Below, piece after piece: positions 62,622-64,000 of a stretch of 64,000 bases of DNA; the stretch's first letter is position 1; each line of letters opens with the position of its first letter. Source of the DNA: an uncultured bacterium (lineage in GTDB: Bacteria; Verrucomicrobiota; Kiritimatiellia; RFP12; UBA1067); NCBI GenBank assembly GCA_902802945.1, contig CADCOC010000002.1, forward strand, positions 9,853 through 73,852, in the 5' to 3' direction. Below the pieces are notes generated by a model that saw nothing but the letters and a program-made list of their open reading frames with translations, was not told where the DNA came from and searched no databases. The position numbers were made by a program, and so were the translations under genes.

Positions 62622-64000
62622 CCCTGCACCTGGACATTCTCGAAGGGCAGGCCGCGACAAGCGCGGCCCTCACGCGTGAAGCGGCAAGAGTGCCGCTTCC
62701 CCGAACGGCGGCTGCGTTTCGCGGGGAGCGGTCCGTGGGGGTGGATGGCAATCTCGTGCCGCTTGTCGGGGATGAGTTGCTGGAGGCGGTGTGCGAGGTG
62801 GTCTGGTTCAAGGATGAGGTCCGGTTGGAAGGGGAGTGCGTCATCCCCTCCATGCGCAATCTCCTGATGTTCCTTTCCGACGTGCGGACGCGCCGTTTCA
62901 AGGCGGGCGTGTTCCTTGGGGACGACGTGCTGACGGCGGCGGAGACGTTCCGCGCCGCCGCACGCACTGTCGCTGACGGCGCCTACCTGCCGCATCTCGT
63001 GGAGGAGGCGGGCGGATTCGCCGCGCGGTGGTTGCCGCTCGATACGTCGCGCGGCGCGTTCTTCGCGTGGCTTGTGGACGGCCTTGCGCGCTTCGGCGGA
63101 CGCACCCCGCTTGAAACGGGAGCGGCGCGTCCGGATACCGTCCATGATGCCTGGCTCTTCGCGCTACGAAGCGACGACGGGCGCATCGCGTGGACGGACG
63201 AAGACGACATCCGTGCGCTCATGCACGACCTCGCCGTGTGGCGCGCGCCACTGCGCGTCTCCGCCGCCGACCGCGCCGCGCTACGCTTCTCCCTTGAACC
63301 GCCAGCCGAAGAGGACGGCATCTGGCGGCTTCGCCTCGCATCCGTACCCCGCACGCGCGCTGGACTCGTCTCGCTCGGACAGGCCGTCTCCCTCTTTCCT
63401 CCGCTTGCCGCGCTCCGCGGAACAGAGGCCGAACTCGACCGTGCGGCGGCGGAGTCGTTCCTCCGCACGGGCGCGCAGGCGCTCGTCGGTGCCGGCTACG
63501 CGGTGGAACCACCGCCCGGACTGCTCGGCGAACATGTGGACGCCGAGGCCGACCTCGCGCCCGTCTCCGACGAGCCGTCCGCGCCCGTCACGACGAAACT
63601 CACGATTCGTGTGGACGGAGAGGTCGTCACCGAACAGGAAATCCAGTTCCTCCTCGACCAGAACTCGCCGTTCGTGTTTTTCCGCGACCGCTGGATCGAG
63701 GTCGACCGCGCCGTGTTGCGTGAGGCCCTGCGCGCGCTGCGCGACGTGAAGGGGAAGAAGGTGTCCGTCCACGACGCCATCGCGCTCGCCTTCGGACTCC
63801 GCCGAGCCGGGGGACTCCGCGTGGACCGCGTGCGCGCGCACGGCTGGCTGCGTGGCCTTATCAACGAACTGCGCGGTGAGCAGCGTTTCCGCGTGCTGGA
63901 TGCCCCCGTCGGTTTCAACGGCACACTACGCGACTACCAGCTCCGCGGCGCGAGCTGGCTTGCCTTCCTCGCGAAGTGGGGATTCGGGGCGTGTCTTGCG
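62615..64000 (+). CDS. SNF2-family helicase (N-terminal helicase-associated region up to the start of the SNF2_N domain). The 3' end runs off the window.
   Basis: The ATG overlaps the rpe stop (ATGCTGA). The window ends in ...LRDYQLRGASWLAFLAKWGFGACLA, the SNF2 DEXH-box entry motif. It contains an R4 core repeat at 62650-62668 (encoding AATSAAL). It is absent from the ORF track because there is no in-window stop. Confidence 0.7.
   Translation, partial: MLTLHLDILEGQAATSAALTREAARVPLPRTAAAFRGERSVGVDGNLVPLVGDELLEAVCEVVWFKDEVRLEGECVIPSMRNLLMFLSDVRTRRFKAGVFLGDDVLTAAETFRAAARTVADGAYLPHLVEEAGGFAARWLPLDTSRGAFFAWLVDGLARFGGRTPLETGAARPDTVHDAWLFALRSDDGRIAWTDEDDIRALMHDLAVWRAPLRVSAADRAALRFSLEPPAEEDGIWRLRLASVPRTRAGLVSLGQAVSLFPPLAALRGTEAELDRAAAESFLRTGAQALVGAGYAVEPPPGLLGEHVDAEADLAPVSDEPSAPVTTKLTIRVDGEVVTEQEIQFLLDQNSPFVFFRDRWIEVDRAVLREALRALRDVKGKKVSVHDAIALAFGLRRAGGLRVDRVRAHGWLRGLINELRGEQRFRVLDAPVGFNGTLRDYQLRGASWLAFLAKWGFGACLA

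Overview
This is a high-GC (~65%) bacterial chromosomal window, densely coding. The gene content (many glycoside hydrolases, TAT-exported Gfo/Idh/MocA with a DUF1080 partner, cohesin/dockerin/FG-GAP surface proteins) suggests a PVC-superphylum-like saprophyte; that lineage guess is inference only.

Main annotated content:
- **Left end:** a truncated GNAT acetyltransferase gene, an HxlR regulator divergent from an NTF2-like gene, and an Rpn-family PD-(D/E)XK nuclease gene that carries an in-frame TAA.
- **RND efflux:** a decayed heavy-metal RND efflux operon remnant, an AAA ATPase gene, and an intact AcrB-like RND pump gene whose promoter sits directly on the ATG.
- **Toxin-antitoxin and adhesin:** a DinJ/YafQ pair on the minus strand, immediately upstream of a 14.5-kb gene (10172..24685) for a 4838-aa modular surface protein (beta-helix, BspA-LRR, PKD, CarbopepD, DUF11, Flg_new modules).
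- **Carbohydrate-active genes:** RecJ, a GH92 mannosidase, a glutaminase-A-like/EEP fusion, a GH28 enzyme and a GH95-like enzyme.
- **Low-GC island (33.3–39.4 kb):** two DUF3990/DUF3791 cassettes flank an overlapping two-gene ABC/AAA_21-type ATPase plus small partner. This pair is a candidate uncharacterised defence or abortive-infection module. The second cassette is translationally coupled to a BspA-LRR surface protein gene.
- **Right half:** a four-helix-bundle (Avd-like) protein gene, cohesin/dockerin-bearing protein genes, a TAT-like FAD oxidoreductase gene, FTR-like and thioredoxin genes, lepB, rnhB, an AsmA-like gene, Gfo/Idh/MocA and DUF1080 genes, a Nif3 gene, rpe and a truncated SNF2 helicase gene.
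- **tRNAs:** two clusters, Glu(CTC)+Leu(CAG) on the minus strand and Leu(TAG)+Ser(CGA)+Gly(CCC) on the plus strand.

The most unusual sequence-level signals are several families of short palindromic repeats inserted in-frame inside secreted-protein genes, RPE-like. One 28-nt unit is identical in two unrelated genes. There are also 9-mer tandem and inverted repeats around the four-helix-bundle gene, a recurrent extended -10 'TGnTA(T/G/A)A(A/C)T' promoter motif, three candidate leaderless starts, and a partially duplicated signal-peptide-encoding 5' end at 58.4–58.7 kb.
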